DNA of 64,000 bases from Candidatus Bathyarchaeota archaeon (lineage in GTDB: Archaea; Thermoproteota; Bathyarchaeia; TCS64): positions 224,001 to 288,000 of the forward strand of contig CAVYVF010000023.1 of assembly GCA_963771885.1 (NCBI GenBank), in the 5' to 3' direction. The position numbers were made by a program, and so were the translations under genes. Position 1 is the first letter of the stretch. Each line of letters starts with the position of its first letter. Under the pieces are notes generated by a model, which was not told where the DNA came from, searched no databases, and was given only the letters and a program-made list of their open reading frames with translations. Shown in pieces: positions 29,174 to 38,517 of the stretch.

Positions 29174-29268
29174 GTTTTGGTCTCCTTTGTCACTGGAATT
29201 CGGCTTGTAGTTGTCGTCGGTGCCTCTTGGGCTTCGAGCCAAAACATGCGGGATTCTCTTGTGACTGG
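29170..29268 (-). promoter_or_regulatory. Structured 5' leader able to sequester the SD and start codon of the helicase
   Basis: Perfect 11-bp inverted repeat 29170-29180 / 29239-29249 including the ATG. Confidence 0.55.
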
Positions 29269-29451
29269 GGAATGGGTCAGGTTGCGGGTTAAAAGGGTTT
29301 ACTTTTATTAACGAGTTGGCGTGCGCATAGAATCCGCGGAGAAATTGGTTAAGATTACGATTTCTTACGGCTAATATGTATTTTCTATTCACAATGATTA
29401 TGATGGGTGAAAACAAGATAGTTTAGGATTCGTGGTTAATGAGGGGTAGGA

Positions 29452-29727
29452 TTGTCTGGTTCGATAGCGGTTCAGATCATCGGGGTCTTTTTCGGCTTAT
29501 TCGCAATGATCGTGGCAGTCGTCCTGTGGTTTACGAGAAAGATATCTAAGGATAAAGTCGACGCTGAGGTGAGGAAGAAGAAGCTGGAGGTTTATGACAA
29601 GCACTTCGGCGAGATGGTTAGAGTCGAATGCCCCTACTGCAAGACCCTTTACCCGGTGGATAAGGAAGTGTGCCCCAACTGTGGCGCCCAAACCCAGAAC
29701 ATCCGGTATCCGAACCTACCCGAGTGA
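29452..29727 (+). CDS. Small membrane protein with double CxxC zinc ribbon
   Basis: N-terminal TM; CPYC...CPNCG. Confidence 0.7.
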   Translation: MSGSIAVQIIGVFFGLFAMIVAVVLWFTRKISKDKVDAEVRKKKLEVYDKHFGEMVRVECPYCKTLYPVDKEVCPNCGAQTQNIRYPNLPE

Positions 29728-29736
29728 TCTCGGCGA

Positions 29737-30543
29737 TTATTCACCCCGAAGTTTTAGGTCATAAAATTCTACAGCATTCCTAGAGGTTGTATCTATTACC
29801 TCCTCCACCGAGATTTTCTTTATCTCCGCAATCTTTTCAGCGACCTCTCGAACGTGCGTAGGGTCGTTCCGCTTATCCCTGTCAAGAGTTGGGTGAAGCC
29901 ACGGAGCATCAGTCTCAAGCATAAGCCTCTCGAGCGGCGTGTCACGCACGACCTTCTGGTAGGTCTTGCTGTGCAGCACGATGGCGTTCGTAGAGATGTA
30001 ATACCCGAGCCCGATTGCCTCCTCGACGAGTCGCCTGCACCCAAACATATGAAGATGCACTCTACGAGCGTCGCTCATCCTCAAAATCTTGAAGGCATCG
30101 TCAAAGACGTCAGACTCATCTCTCCCATTCCGTAAGTGAACGACTATTGGTAGACTCAACTCTTTACCCAGATCTATGAATCTGACAAATAGCTGCCTCT
30201 GCTGCTCCCTCTGAGCCGCATCCTGAATGTATGCGTAATCTAGACCCGTCTCTCCGACTCCGACCAATCTATGTCTATTTTCCCTGAGCTTGTTGACGGC
30301 TTCGTTGACCTCATCATCAGAAAATGTTCCCACGTATTCCGGGTGAATACCCGCTACCGCGAAGAGAAAACCCTGATTTTTATTAACCATATCGAAGGTG
30401 ACATCATAGTAACGAGGATCAGGGGCGTCGGTGATGACAGCAGACATTTTCCTCCTCAATTGTGTTATTAGATCTTCCCTGTCTTCATCGTATATTTGCT
30501 GTTCAAGGTGGCAATGAGTGTCTATCAAATTGAGAGCCTCCAT
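29737..30543 (-). CDS. tatD: TatD family DNase
   Basis: IDTHCH, GIHP, VGETGLDY, VVHLR, LETDAP. Confidence 0.93.
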   Translation of the reverse strand: MEALNLIDTHCHLEQQIYDEDREDLITQLRRKMSAVITDAPDPRYYDVTFDMVNKNQGFLFAVAGIHPEYVGTFSDDEVNEAVNKLRENRHRLVGVGETGLDYAYIQDAAQREQQRQLFVRFIDLGKELSLPIVVHLRNGRDESDVFDDAFKILRMSDARRVHLHMFGCRRLVEEAIGLGYYISTNAIVLHSKTYQKVVRDTPLERLMLETDAPWLHPTLDRDKRNDPTHVREVAEKIAEIKKISVEEVIDTTSRNAVEFYDLKLRGE

Positions 30544-30609
30544 TAGATTATCCGTATTTTTCTATTCCTATGAAGGGGGGAGTAATAGGAATCTCTTTCT
30601 ATTGATAGC

Positions 30610-30862
30610 ATGCTCGACGGATTCATAGCCTACGATGGTGTAAATAACGCCTTTAACCTCGCCTACGAGATGTTAGGCTGGAAGGTACATCGTGCCCTCA
30701 TCAAGGCACACCTTGAGCCCTGTCTCGGCTTTCTGCATGTTAGCACTCAACATGGCACGATGAGTCTTGTATGCGATTTTCAGGAACTGTACCGAGCCTA
30801 CATCGACGACTGGGTTATCAGTTATTTACAAGGCGTGTCCAAGCGCGATTTCACTACAAAGC
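30610..30862 (+). pseudogene. cas1: Internal fragment of a Cas1-family endonuclease (solo, casposase-like)
   Basis: AYDGVNNAFNLAYEMLGWKVHRALIKAHLEPCLGFLH...SLVCDFQELYRAYIDD matches the Cas1 catalytic core (N..LN..Y, GFLH, D..E..R); N- and C-terminal parts missing. Confidence 0.8.
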
Positions 30863-31072
30863 GCGCGCGACTTCGCTTTGGAGCCGGCGTCTCTGTCGAG
30901 TTAGCTCTGGGAGCTGGTTTGCGGTCTCGGTTTTTAGGTGTTCTCGGTAGCGTATGTTTCTCACTGCGGCTTCGGTTCTGCCGAGTCTCTCAGCGATCTC
31001 TCTGTTCGTTAAACCCTCAGAGACGTAGCTATTAATCTGCTCTTTTTCTGACCCGACGAGCCTTCTGCCCAT
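30854..31072 (-). CDS. Small HTH DNA-binding protein, probably C-terminally truncated
   Basis: EGLTNREIAERLGRTEAAVRNIRYR followed by start of a coiled coil. Confidence 0.7.
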   Translation of the reverse strand: MGRRLVGSEKEQINSYVSEGLTNREIAERLGRTEAAVRNIRYREHLKTETANQLPELTRQRRRLQSEVARAL

Positions 31073-31247
31073 ATATTCTCAATATTATCTCAATATCGTC
31101 TTAAATAAGTCTTATTTCTGTCTCAAACGTCCAAATATTTAGTAAATATATATGTAATATGTAATAACATGTAGCTTTCTGAAATTGAGATGAAAATAAG
31201 ATAGTCGAAATAGAAGATTTTTTCAGATAGTTCTCAAACTTCTATCC

Positions 31248-33836
31248 ATGGATAAGAAGGGTATTCTCTGTATCCTTCTTCTCGCACTCGCCTTAGAGAT
31301 ACCTGGTGTATATGGATGGGAGATAGATCTAACCTCCACTTCGACCCTTATCCACGACGGAGACTCTTTTCATATCATCAACGATGAAGTACGCCTAGCC
31401 GACATAAACGCACCCGCATGGAACGCAACTGGGGGACCAGAGGCAACAAGCGCATTAACTAGTCTAATATCGGGGGAAATCCTCTACATCGACACCGACC
31501 AGAAAGGCGGCAGAGATCCCTATGAGAGATTGGTTGTAGTTGTCTACGTAGAATACAACTCTACGCACTACCTGAATGTCAATAAAAGACTCCTGATACT
31601 CGATGTGGTTGACCTATGGGACTTCTCAGATAATGAGTTTGATCCAGCTACTTGGACAGAATATGTTCCTAAAACTCAGAAATACTTTCTTACTATCATA
31701 ACCCCGCAAGGATCGGGGGTAACAAACCCACCTATCGGAAAGTGGGACTATAAAGCCGGAACCATTGTGCCAATGACCGCCACCCCCAACACGAACTACA
31801 TTTTTGACCACTGGATCATAGACGGCGCAAACGGCGGCACATCCTCATCGATATCAATCACAATGAATCAAGCACATCAAGTACAAGCGGTTTTCAGACT
31901 AATCTCCAGTCCCCCACCGACTACATACACTTTACAAATACAGCCACCAGAGGGAGAAGGGACAACTAGCCCGAGCCAAAACACATACTCATACGAAGCA
32001 GGTATAAGCATAACAATCACGGCCACAGCCACTGAAGACTGGCGTTTTAGCCACTGGATCTTAGATGGAAGCAACTCTGGTACAACCCCTAGCAAAGTCA
32101 TTCACATGAACACGGATCATATTGTACTCGCAGTCTTTACGCAGGAGACACAACCTCCACCAAACCCAACGCCGGTCTTTTATTCATGCCAAATTGAAGC
32201 ACAAGGATCCGGAACAACAAATCCGGCACCTGGAACCTATATCTACACTAAAAATGCTGAATTCAGCGTTCAGGCAATGCCCGATACAGGATGGCATTTT
32301 GAACAATGGTACCTCGACGGGATTAGCGCAGGGATAGCGAACCCATTCACAGTCACTATGAATACTGATCACCGACTGAAGGCAGTCTTCACCCAGAATA
32401 ATCCACCATCAACACTGATAGTTGTCGATGATTCGGAGATAAGTGACTCGAGGTGTGATATCAACAGCGTACAGACTGTGAGGATTCACTTCTCATGGGA
32501 TAACGGGACAAGCGTATCCAGCGGAACAGCCACAGTCGGAGAACACAACATCTACGGGTACAATAGCTTATTCAAAAGGCTCGAAGTGGGGAGTGACGGA
32601 TGGGTATCGTTCCAAGTGGAAAACCCAAGCCATAACGAGAAGACATGGGATGTATCAGAGGTAAACTGTACAGGTGTAACAGTTTTTTCCATGAATATTC
32701 AGCCACTGAGGATTATATGGGATTTCGTCAATGTTACTTTGAGTATAATTGATGGTAGAATCGATGTTAACTCGAAGCCTGAGGTTAATTGGTCAGCCAC
32801 ATACGCATATGATAATTCACCCTTCGACGGTGAAGTTGTTCTCAAGATCATCAATAGTCAGGCTTCTATGCCGAATCTTGTTGGGAAAGCTTCCTACTAT
32901 GTTGAATCAGTGACCGACAACGTGTATAATTTGACTGCGATGAAGTCGAACAGCGTTGACTGTGTTTGGGACCGGGTTAAGATCGTTCAAGGCGGTGTGG
33001 CGAGTCCGCGATCTAAGACGGGGGAAGTTGTGGGTGTTTGGTTCAAGGCTGTCTATGAGTATGACTTGGAGGAGTTAACTGGCGATGTGAATGCGGACGG
33101 CGGCATCAACAAGATATTCCTGAACGGGGTTCCGATGGTTTGGTTTTCCACAGACAGAATTTGGAGGTATGACGCGAAGTCGGACTTTGGCGGTAATTTT
33201 ACCTACATTATTACGGGGGTTGAGGATACGCGGTACAAGCTATCGACTTATGTGAATGCCGCCGGTCCACGGTTCATTATTTGGGAAAAGCCGTTCTTTG
33301 AAACCCCTCTGGGTGTTCTATCAATAATGTTGTTCATCGCTGCTACGATCTTGGTAGCTGCTTTCTTTTTCCTGAATAAGTCGACGTCTAACATGGCCGG
33401 GAAACCCGGTGAAAGGCCTTCGCCAACGTTAGTCGTTGATAAGGAGCCTACCCTGAATGACTTTAAGGATCCTGAGGATGTAGAAAAAAAGCAAGTCACT
33501 GAAATTCGCGGCTCTGCAAACGTTGTGCCTATAGTTTCAAAGGCAGCTCCTAGGAATCCGGGTGCTAGTCCATATTGGAGTTTCCAAGAAATTAAGAAAA
33601 AACCAGTTAGAGATGCTCCCAAAGTTGCCCATGTAAGAGCATCTAGTGAAGTTCCTGCTTTGTATCAAGGTAAGCTGGAACGTTCCCGCGCCTATGAGCC
33701 TTGGAGCAAGGAGGAAGATGCGGAGCTAATCAAGGAATGCGAAGCGGGTAAAACTATTCTAGAAATCGCCCTCGCTCATCAAAGGAATGAAGATGGTATC
33801 CGCTCACGGATCAACAAGCTATACGAGTACAGGTAA
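31248..33836 (+). CDS. Surface protein: signal peptide, thermonuclease (SNase) domain, 3 InlB-B-like repeats, Ig-like region, TM helix, cytoplasmic Myb-like HTH
   Basis: IHDGDSF..VRLADINAP..DPYERLV..VN..L; three GxGxTxP..Y..G..TA....F.HW..DG repeats; TM LGVLSIMLFIAATILVAAFFFL; RAYEPWSKEEDAEL..IA..HQR..GIRSRI. Confidence 0.8.
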   Translation: MDKKGILCILLLALALEIPGVYGWEIDLTSTSTLIHDGDSFHIINDEVRLADINAPAWNATGGPEATSALTSLISGEILYIDTDQKGGRDPYERLVVVVYVEYNSTHYLNVNKRLLILDVVDLWDFSDNEFDPATWTEYVPKTQKYFLTIITPQGSGVTNPPIGKWDYKAGTIVPMTATPNTNYIFDHWIIDGANGGTSSSISITMNQAHQVQAVFRLISSPPPTTYTLQIQPPEGEGTTSPSQNTYSYEAGISITITATATEDWRFSHWILDGSNSGTTPSKVIHMNTDHIVLAVFTQETQPPPNPTPVFYSCQIEAQGSGTTNPAPGTYIYTKNAEFSVQAMPDTGWHFEQWYLDGISAGIANPFTVTMNTDHRLKAVFTQNNPPSTLIVVDDSEISDSRCDINSVQTVRIHFSWDNGTSVSSGTATVGEHNIYGYNSLFKRLEVGSDGWVSFQVENPSHNEKTWDVSEVNCTGVTVFSMNIQPLRIIWDFVNVTLSIIDGRIDVNSKPEVNWSATYAYDNSPFDGEVVLKIINSQASMPNLVGKASYYVESVTDNVYNLTAMKSNSVDCVWDRVKIVQGGVASPRSKTGEVVGVWFKAVYEYDLEELTGDVNADGGINKIFLNGVPMVWFSTDRIWRYDAKSDFGGNFTYIITGVEDTRYKLSTYVNAAGPRFIIWEKPFFETPLGVLSIMLFIAATILVAAFFFLNKSTSNMAGKPGERPSPTLVVDKEPTLNDFKDPEDVEKKQVTEIRGSANVVPIVSKAAPRNPGASPYWSFQEIKKKPVRDAPKVAHVRASSEVPALYQGKLERSRAYEPWSKEEDAELIKECEAGKTILEIALAHQRNEDGIRSRINKLYEYR

Positions 33837-33935
33837 CTTGTTTTAGTACAATAGTCTTATTTTTTTATTAAGTCAATTTTCTCGTTTCTAAGAGAACAGA
33901 ATCTATCATCAGTTGGTCTGAACATGATTAAATAT

Positions 33936-34601
33936 TTATTTCAAGGCTAAGAGTTCGATTATATAATTTGGGTAAAAAGATGGAACCCTTCTCATAAAAT
34001 CTTTAAATAATCTCTCTTCATATTCTTTTGCATAAATCACTTTAAAACCTGAGTTTTCTACATGATGAGTGATTGACTCGATTGAGTGGAAGTAACGCTT
34101 AATTACATTTCCAGTCAAATGACCATTATCATCGTAGGCTGGATAAGATGTCAGACAGCTTTCTTCATCATAAGTAGCCCCTTCAAGACTTGCTTCTGGG
34201 CATTTATTTGAACGGACTACGATGAAAAGTCTGCTTTTTGGTTTTAAAACTCGGTGGAATTCCTTAAGCGTTTTATCAAGACTATGTTTCTTCAAGTAAT
34301 GCAATATCAACCGTGCGTATATGAAGTCGAATGAGTTATCTGAATATTGAAGCGGTTCCTGAACGTCTTCCAACCTCAATTCTATTCTTTTAGAAAGCCC
34401 AAGTTGCTTGATCTGGTTCTTAACTTCCTCTAAGCCCTTCTCATCGATTGTTGTTGCGACAATTCTTCTCTCAGAGTTGTCTAGTATCATGCGTATCTCT
34501 GCTCGGCCTCCGGTGCTCATTCCGGGGGAAAAAACCATTTTACAATCTTTACTAATTAGAGTGAGACCATTTTCTTCGCTCTCGGAGAATCCACTCACCA
34601 T
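33936..34601 (-). CDS. Class I SAM-dependent methyltransferase
   Basis: EDVQEPLQYSDNSFDFIYARLILHY..EFHRVLKP; AT-rich. Confidence 0.8.
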   Translation of the reverse strand: MVSGFSESEENGLTLISKDCKMVFSPGMSTGGRAEIRMILDNSERRIVATTIDEKGLEEVKNQIKQLGLSKRIELRLEDVQEPLQYSDNSFDFIYARLILHYLKKHSLDKTLKEFHRVLKPKSRLFIVVRSNKCPEASLEGATYDEESCLTSYPAYDDNGHLTGNVIKRYFHSIESITHHVENSGFKVIYAKEYEERLFKDFMRRVPSFYPNYIIELLALK

Positions 34602-34740
34602 AGATAATTATTAATGTTTCTTTCTTAAATTGTATTTGTCTCAATTATTTCCAGATTTTTATTTTTCTTTGTGATGCGTGCTTAGGGTAATAAGAGTAAA
34701 TTTGGTGGATTATCTCTGTTTGTTTGTTTTCCTCTATCTT

Positions 34741-34790
34741 GTGCGTTGCGGTGTGGTGTGGCGTGGTATGGTGTTGTAGAGTGTGTGTGG
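34741..34790. repeat. Degenerate pentanucleotide tandem repeat (~9 units)
   Basis: GCGTT GCGGT GTGGT GTGGC GTGGT ATGGT GTTGT AGAGT GTGTG. Confidence 0.55.
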
Positions 34791-34825
34791 GGGAAAAGAC
34801 TTTACCCCAAAAATGCCCGAGCGTT

Positions 34826-35956
34826 CTAGGTGTATTTTCCTCGCGCCGTGATTGGCCAAACGGCAGCTACACGTCCACCTTTCACCACCAGCATCTCCTC
34901 GTGCTGATTCACACAAGTGCAGCAGTGGCTGGGGGTGAGCTGCAGCTTGTTACCCCACTTTATCCTCTTCCTCTCCGGGTCCCCCTCTTTGAAGCGGAGG
35001 GTGCAGTGCTCCTCACTAAGCCCCGCCCGTTCGAAGTGTATGGGCTCCCCGTCCTTGCTGGCAAGCACCGCTGGCTTGGCGTCCGGGTCACCCCCACTCA
35101 GCACCTTCAGCCCTGCGTCCAGCACAACCCTATCCGAGAAGTTGTCGCTGATTACCTGGGACAGCACCGTTAGGCTGCTCTTGAAGTAGACGTTATTGTT
35201 GGTGCTCCACCCGTACCCGGACCCTTCGGGGCCGGCGCCGAAGACGAAACTCCCCGGCTCGATCTCCGTTATGCCCGGATAGCTCCCTGTCACCTCGTAG
35301 GTGTCCGTCGACCCAGCAGACACGATCTCCACGGGTATCCCCGCCTCACGGATCATGTTCGCCGTGTCCACCGTCAGCTTGTCCCTCTCCAGCGCCGTCT
35401 CGCGGGGCACCGGGTTCTCATACCCGTAGATCCCCCTGAAGACGATCCCCTTCTTCTTGGCGATGTACTTCGCCAGGTCGACGGTGGGCTTCCCCGGCGC
35501 CGTGCCGCAGCGCCCGTGGCTCATCTCGATCACCACGTGCTGCTTCACTTTCCACTTGCTCGCCGCCTCATCAATCATATCGACCTCGCGTGCATCATCA
35601 ACGCTGGTGAGCACCTTACCCTCACCCATCGCCACGTTGTATCCGATGAGCCTCTCGACCTTCCCCGGGTCCGTCAACTCCTGGCTCACCAGGATGTTCT
35701 TATCACCATACAGAATACCACTATTGAGCAGCGCCTCAGCCTCGCTCAGCTTCTGAGTCATAATGCCGATCGCCCCCGCCGCGATCAACCGGTTACAGAT
35801 GGCTGCAGCCTTGAACGTCTTCGCATGTGGACGAACATTCACCTTAGCCTTCTTAGCAAAGGTGAACATTTTGTCAACATTCCACTCGAACTTGTCCAGG
35901 TCCAGCACTAGCGCCGGAGTTGGAACCTCCTCCAAAGACTTGCCAACAAGCGACAT
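34826..35956 (-). CDS. PLP fold III enzyme, D-threonine aldolase/D-serine dehydratase (DSD1) family
   Basis: TPALVLD, RPHAKT, SAGST, LDAGLK, LSEEH, PSHCCTCVN. Confidence 0.88.
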   Translation of the reverse strand: MSLVGKSLEEVPTPALVLDLDKFEWNVDKMFTFAKKAKVNVRPHAKTFKAAAICNRLIAAGAIGIMTQKLSEAEALLNSGILYGDKNILVSQELTDPGKVERLIGYNVAMGEGKVLTSVDDAREVDMIDEAASKWKVKQHVVIEMSHGRCGTAPGKPTVDLAKYIAKKKGIVFRGIYGYENPVPRETALERDKLTVDTANMIREAGIPVEIVSAGSTDTYEVTGSYPGITEIEPGSFVFGAGPEGSGYGWSTNNNVYFKSSLTVLSQVISDNFSDRVVLDAGLKVLSGGDPDAKPAVLASKDGEPIHFERAGLSEEHCTLRFKEGDPERKRIKWGNKLQLTPSHCCTCVNQHEEMLVVKGGRVAAVWPITARGKYT

Positions 35957-36204
35957 CTTAGATCAAACAGCGTACACCCCAAACATATGTTAAACCTTCC
36001 CCAGCACAGATCAGTCAAATTCAAAAATTCCCCATAGCAGAACATGATAAGAAGGAAGGGTGATCCCCCTCTCCACCGAAGTCGCCTGTGGTTCCATCGG
36101 CTAAGCCACCCAAGCCACACTGAAAATAATACACGCTCTCCAAGACAGACAACCAACGCCGGGAAAGCCGAGTGCATATTAGGCTCAACCCCTAAACAAC
36201 ACAC

Positions 36205-36837
36205 ATGTCCACCGACGAGGAAGCCCTTCAAGCAATAATCGAAAAAGCCGCCCAGGAACTACAGGGGCGAGAGAAAGCCAGGGACGAGGTACTGGCGAGG
36301 GCGCGCAAGGCACGCCAGCTCTCGAAGCAGGCCATACTCCTCGACCACAACAACCAGCGAGAGAAGGCGGCGACGAACCTTGCCGAGGCGCGCCGCCTTA
36401 TAGATGAGATACGCCCACACGCAGAGTCCTGCCCCGAGCTCGAGCAATATGAGGAGGTCGAGGCAGCCCATGAGGAGCACGCCGAGGCGACAATCCTGCA
36501 CTCCCTCCTCACGAAGAACAAATATCCAACAATCGAACAGGCAGCCGCTTCCCCGACGAGATACTTGATGGGACTCGGCGATGTCCCTGGTGAGCTGCGG
36601 CGCGAGGCCCTCGACGCCCTCAGAACTGGTGACTTGGAGAAGGCGGAGGAATATCTCGACCGAATGGAGCAGATCTACCTACAACTCATGGCGATGGAGG
36701 ACTCGGGGCTTCTCAAGGGGCTGAGGCGCAAACTCGACATAGCCCGAGCCGTCATCGAGGCGACGCGCAGCGAGGTCACCGCCGAGACCGGTCGGAAGCG
36801 ACTCAGTGACCAGCTAAAGGAACTGAAACGCCCCTAA
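36205..36837 (+). CDS. Translin/TRAX family protein
   Basis: EEHAEA, YLMGLGDVPGELRR, LRRKLD motifs. Confidence 0.85.
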   Translation: MSTDEEALQAIIEKAAQELQGREKARDEVLARARKARQLSKQAILLDHNNQREKAATNLAEARRLIDEIRPHAESCPELEQYEEVEAAHEEHAEATILHSLLTKNKYPTIEQAAASPTRYLMGLGDVPGELRREALDALRTGDLEKAEEYLDRMEQIYLQLMAMEDSGLLKGLRRKLDIARAVIEATRSEVTAETGRKRLSDQLKELKRP

Positions 36838-36983
36838 AACAGGGTGCAAAACCCTCAACCCTTATAAATGTCAAAACCCACCCAAACCCAGCTAGAAGGG
36901 AAGAATGAGACTATTGTGTACAGTAGTCCAAGTCTGAATATTCGACCCAGCCTAGCGGAGCATAGATTCTGGAGGAGAACAAT

Positions 36984-38444
36984 GTGACCCCAGCCCACCT
37001 TGAACTATACGACACGATGACACGCTCGAAGCGCCCCTTCGAGCCACTTGAGCCAGGGAAGGTCAAAATGTACGCATGTGGCCCAACCGTCTACGGCGAC
37101 CCACACATAGGAAACTTCCGCAGCTTCATCTCAACCGACCTGCTCCGCCGCTGGCTCGAATACAGTGGCTACGACGTCACCATGGTAATGAACGTCACAG
37201 ACATCGACGACAAGACCATTCGCGACTCGGCCAAGGCGGGTGAACCCATCAAGCAGTTCACCCAGAAGTATACACGAAGCTTCCTACGCGGACTAGACGC
37301 GATGAACATACGCCGAGCCACGACCAACCCACGCGCCACCGAGTACATCCCACAGATGATCACCTTCATACAAGCCCTCATCGACAAAGGCGCCGCCTAC
37401 GTCGCAGAGGACGGCGTCTACTTCGACATAGACAAGTACCCCGGCTACGGGCGCCTTAGCGGCATGGACCTCGCCCAAGCCCAGACCACCGAGCGAATGG
37501 CCAAAGACGAGTACGACAAGGAGGCGGCTCAGGACTTCGCCCTCTGGAAGAAGAGCACCCCCGAGGAGCTGAAGCGGAGCGAGACGGAGCCCGGCCTCGC
37601 CTGGGACAGCCCATGGGGCATGGGGCGCCCCGGCTGGCACATTGAGTGCAGCGTCATGACACGCGACCTCCTTGGAGACACCCTGGACATACACGCCGGC
37701 GGAGAGGACCTCGTATTCCCACACCACACAAACGAGATCGCCCAGTCGGAGACCCTCACGGAGAAGCAGTTCGTCCGCTACTGGGTCCACATACGCCACC
37801 TCATGATCAACGGCAAGAAGATGAGCAAGAGCCTCGGCAACTACGTTAGCTTCGACGAGGTCCTCGCCAAGTACAGCGCCGACGCCTTCCGCTACTTCTA
37901 CCTAGGCACCCACTACAGGCGCCCCCTCGACTACACAGACGACGCCATGAAGGGCGCCGAGGGCTCCGCCAAACGCCTCGAGAACACACTGGACCTCCTC
38001 GACGCCGCCATGAAGGGGGCTGACGAGAACCTCGACCTTGGGCCGAGCGAGCGCAAGCTACTAGAGGAAGTTGAGAAGTACCGCGCCGACTTCGAGGCGG
38101 CGATGAACGACGACCTTGACAGCCACACAGCCCTAGACTCCCTTCACGCGATGAGTGGTGCAATAAACGAGTACCTAACCGGAGCGCCGAACAAAGGAGT
38201 CGTACTCAAGGCACACATGACCTATCGAAGCCTGCTCGACTCCCTCGGCCTATTCGAGAAGCGGGGAGGAGGAGCCGACAAACTCACCGAGGATCTCATC
38301 AAGTTCCTCATCGACCTACGCAACCAGTTCAGGAAGGAGAAGAACTACAAGGCAGCAGACGAGGTCAGAAACAAGCTCACCGCCCTCGGAGTCACGCTAG
38401 CGGACAGCGCCGGGTCGACGACGTGGAAGATAGAGAAAAAGTAA
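36984..38444 (+). CDS. cysS: Cysteine--tRNA ligase
   Basis: CGPTVY, HIGN, DFALWK, GRPGWHIECS, FPHH, KMSKS. Confidence 0.98.
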   Translation: MTPAHLELYDTMTRSKRPFEPLEPGKVKMYACGPTVYGDPHIGNFRSFISTDLLRRWLEYSGYDVTMVMNVTDIDDKTIRDSAKAGEPIKQFTQKYTRSFLRGLDAMNIRRATTNPRATEYIPQMITFIQALIDKGAAYVAEDGVYFDIDKYPGYGRLSGMDLAQAQTTERMAKDEYDKEAAQDFALWKKSTPEELKRSETEPGLAWDSPWGMGRPGWHIECSVMTRDLLGDTLDIHAGGEDLVFPHHTNEIAQSETLTEKQFVRYWVHIRHLMINGKKMSKSLGNYVSFDEVLAKYSADAFRYFYLGTHYRRPLDYTDDAMKGAEGSAKRLENTLDLLDAAMKGADENLDLGPSERKLLEEVEKYRADFEAAMNDDLDSHTALDSLHAMSGAINEYLTGAPNKGVVLKAHMTYRSLLDSLGLFEKRGGGADKLTEDLIKFLIDLRNQFRKEKNYKAADEVRNKLTALGVTLADSAGSTTWKIEKK

Positions 38445-38517
38445 AGAAAATCTTGACGCCCCGTAATCTGAGGCTAGTTGGGTCAATTTATAAAGTTGTA
38501 TAGTTGAAGGGGGCAGA

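Noticed and set aside
29174..29416. N-terminal extension of the DEAD helicase in the ORF track
   Set aside because: Covers promoter and leader DNA; SD + ATG at 29173 fits the family start.
30500..31250. Functional CRISPR-Cas locus
   Set aside because: Only an internal cas1 fragment; no cas2, effector genes or repeat-spacer array seen; I could not identify TIRs or a TSD by eye.
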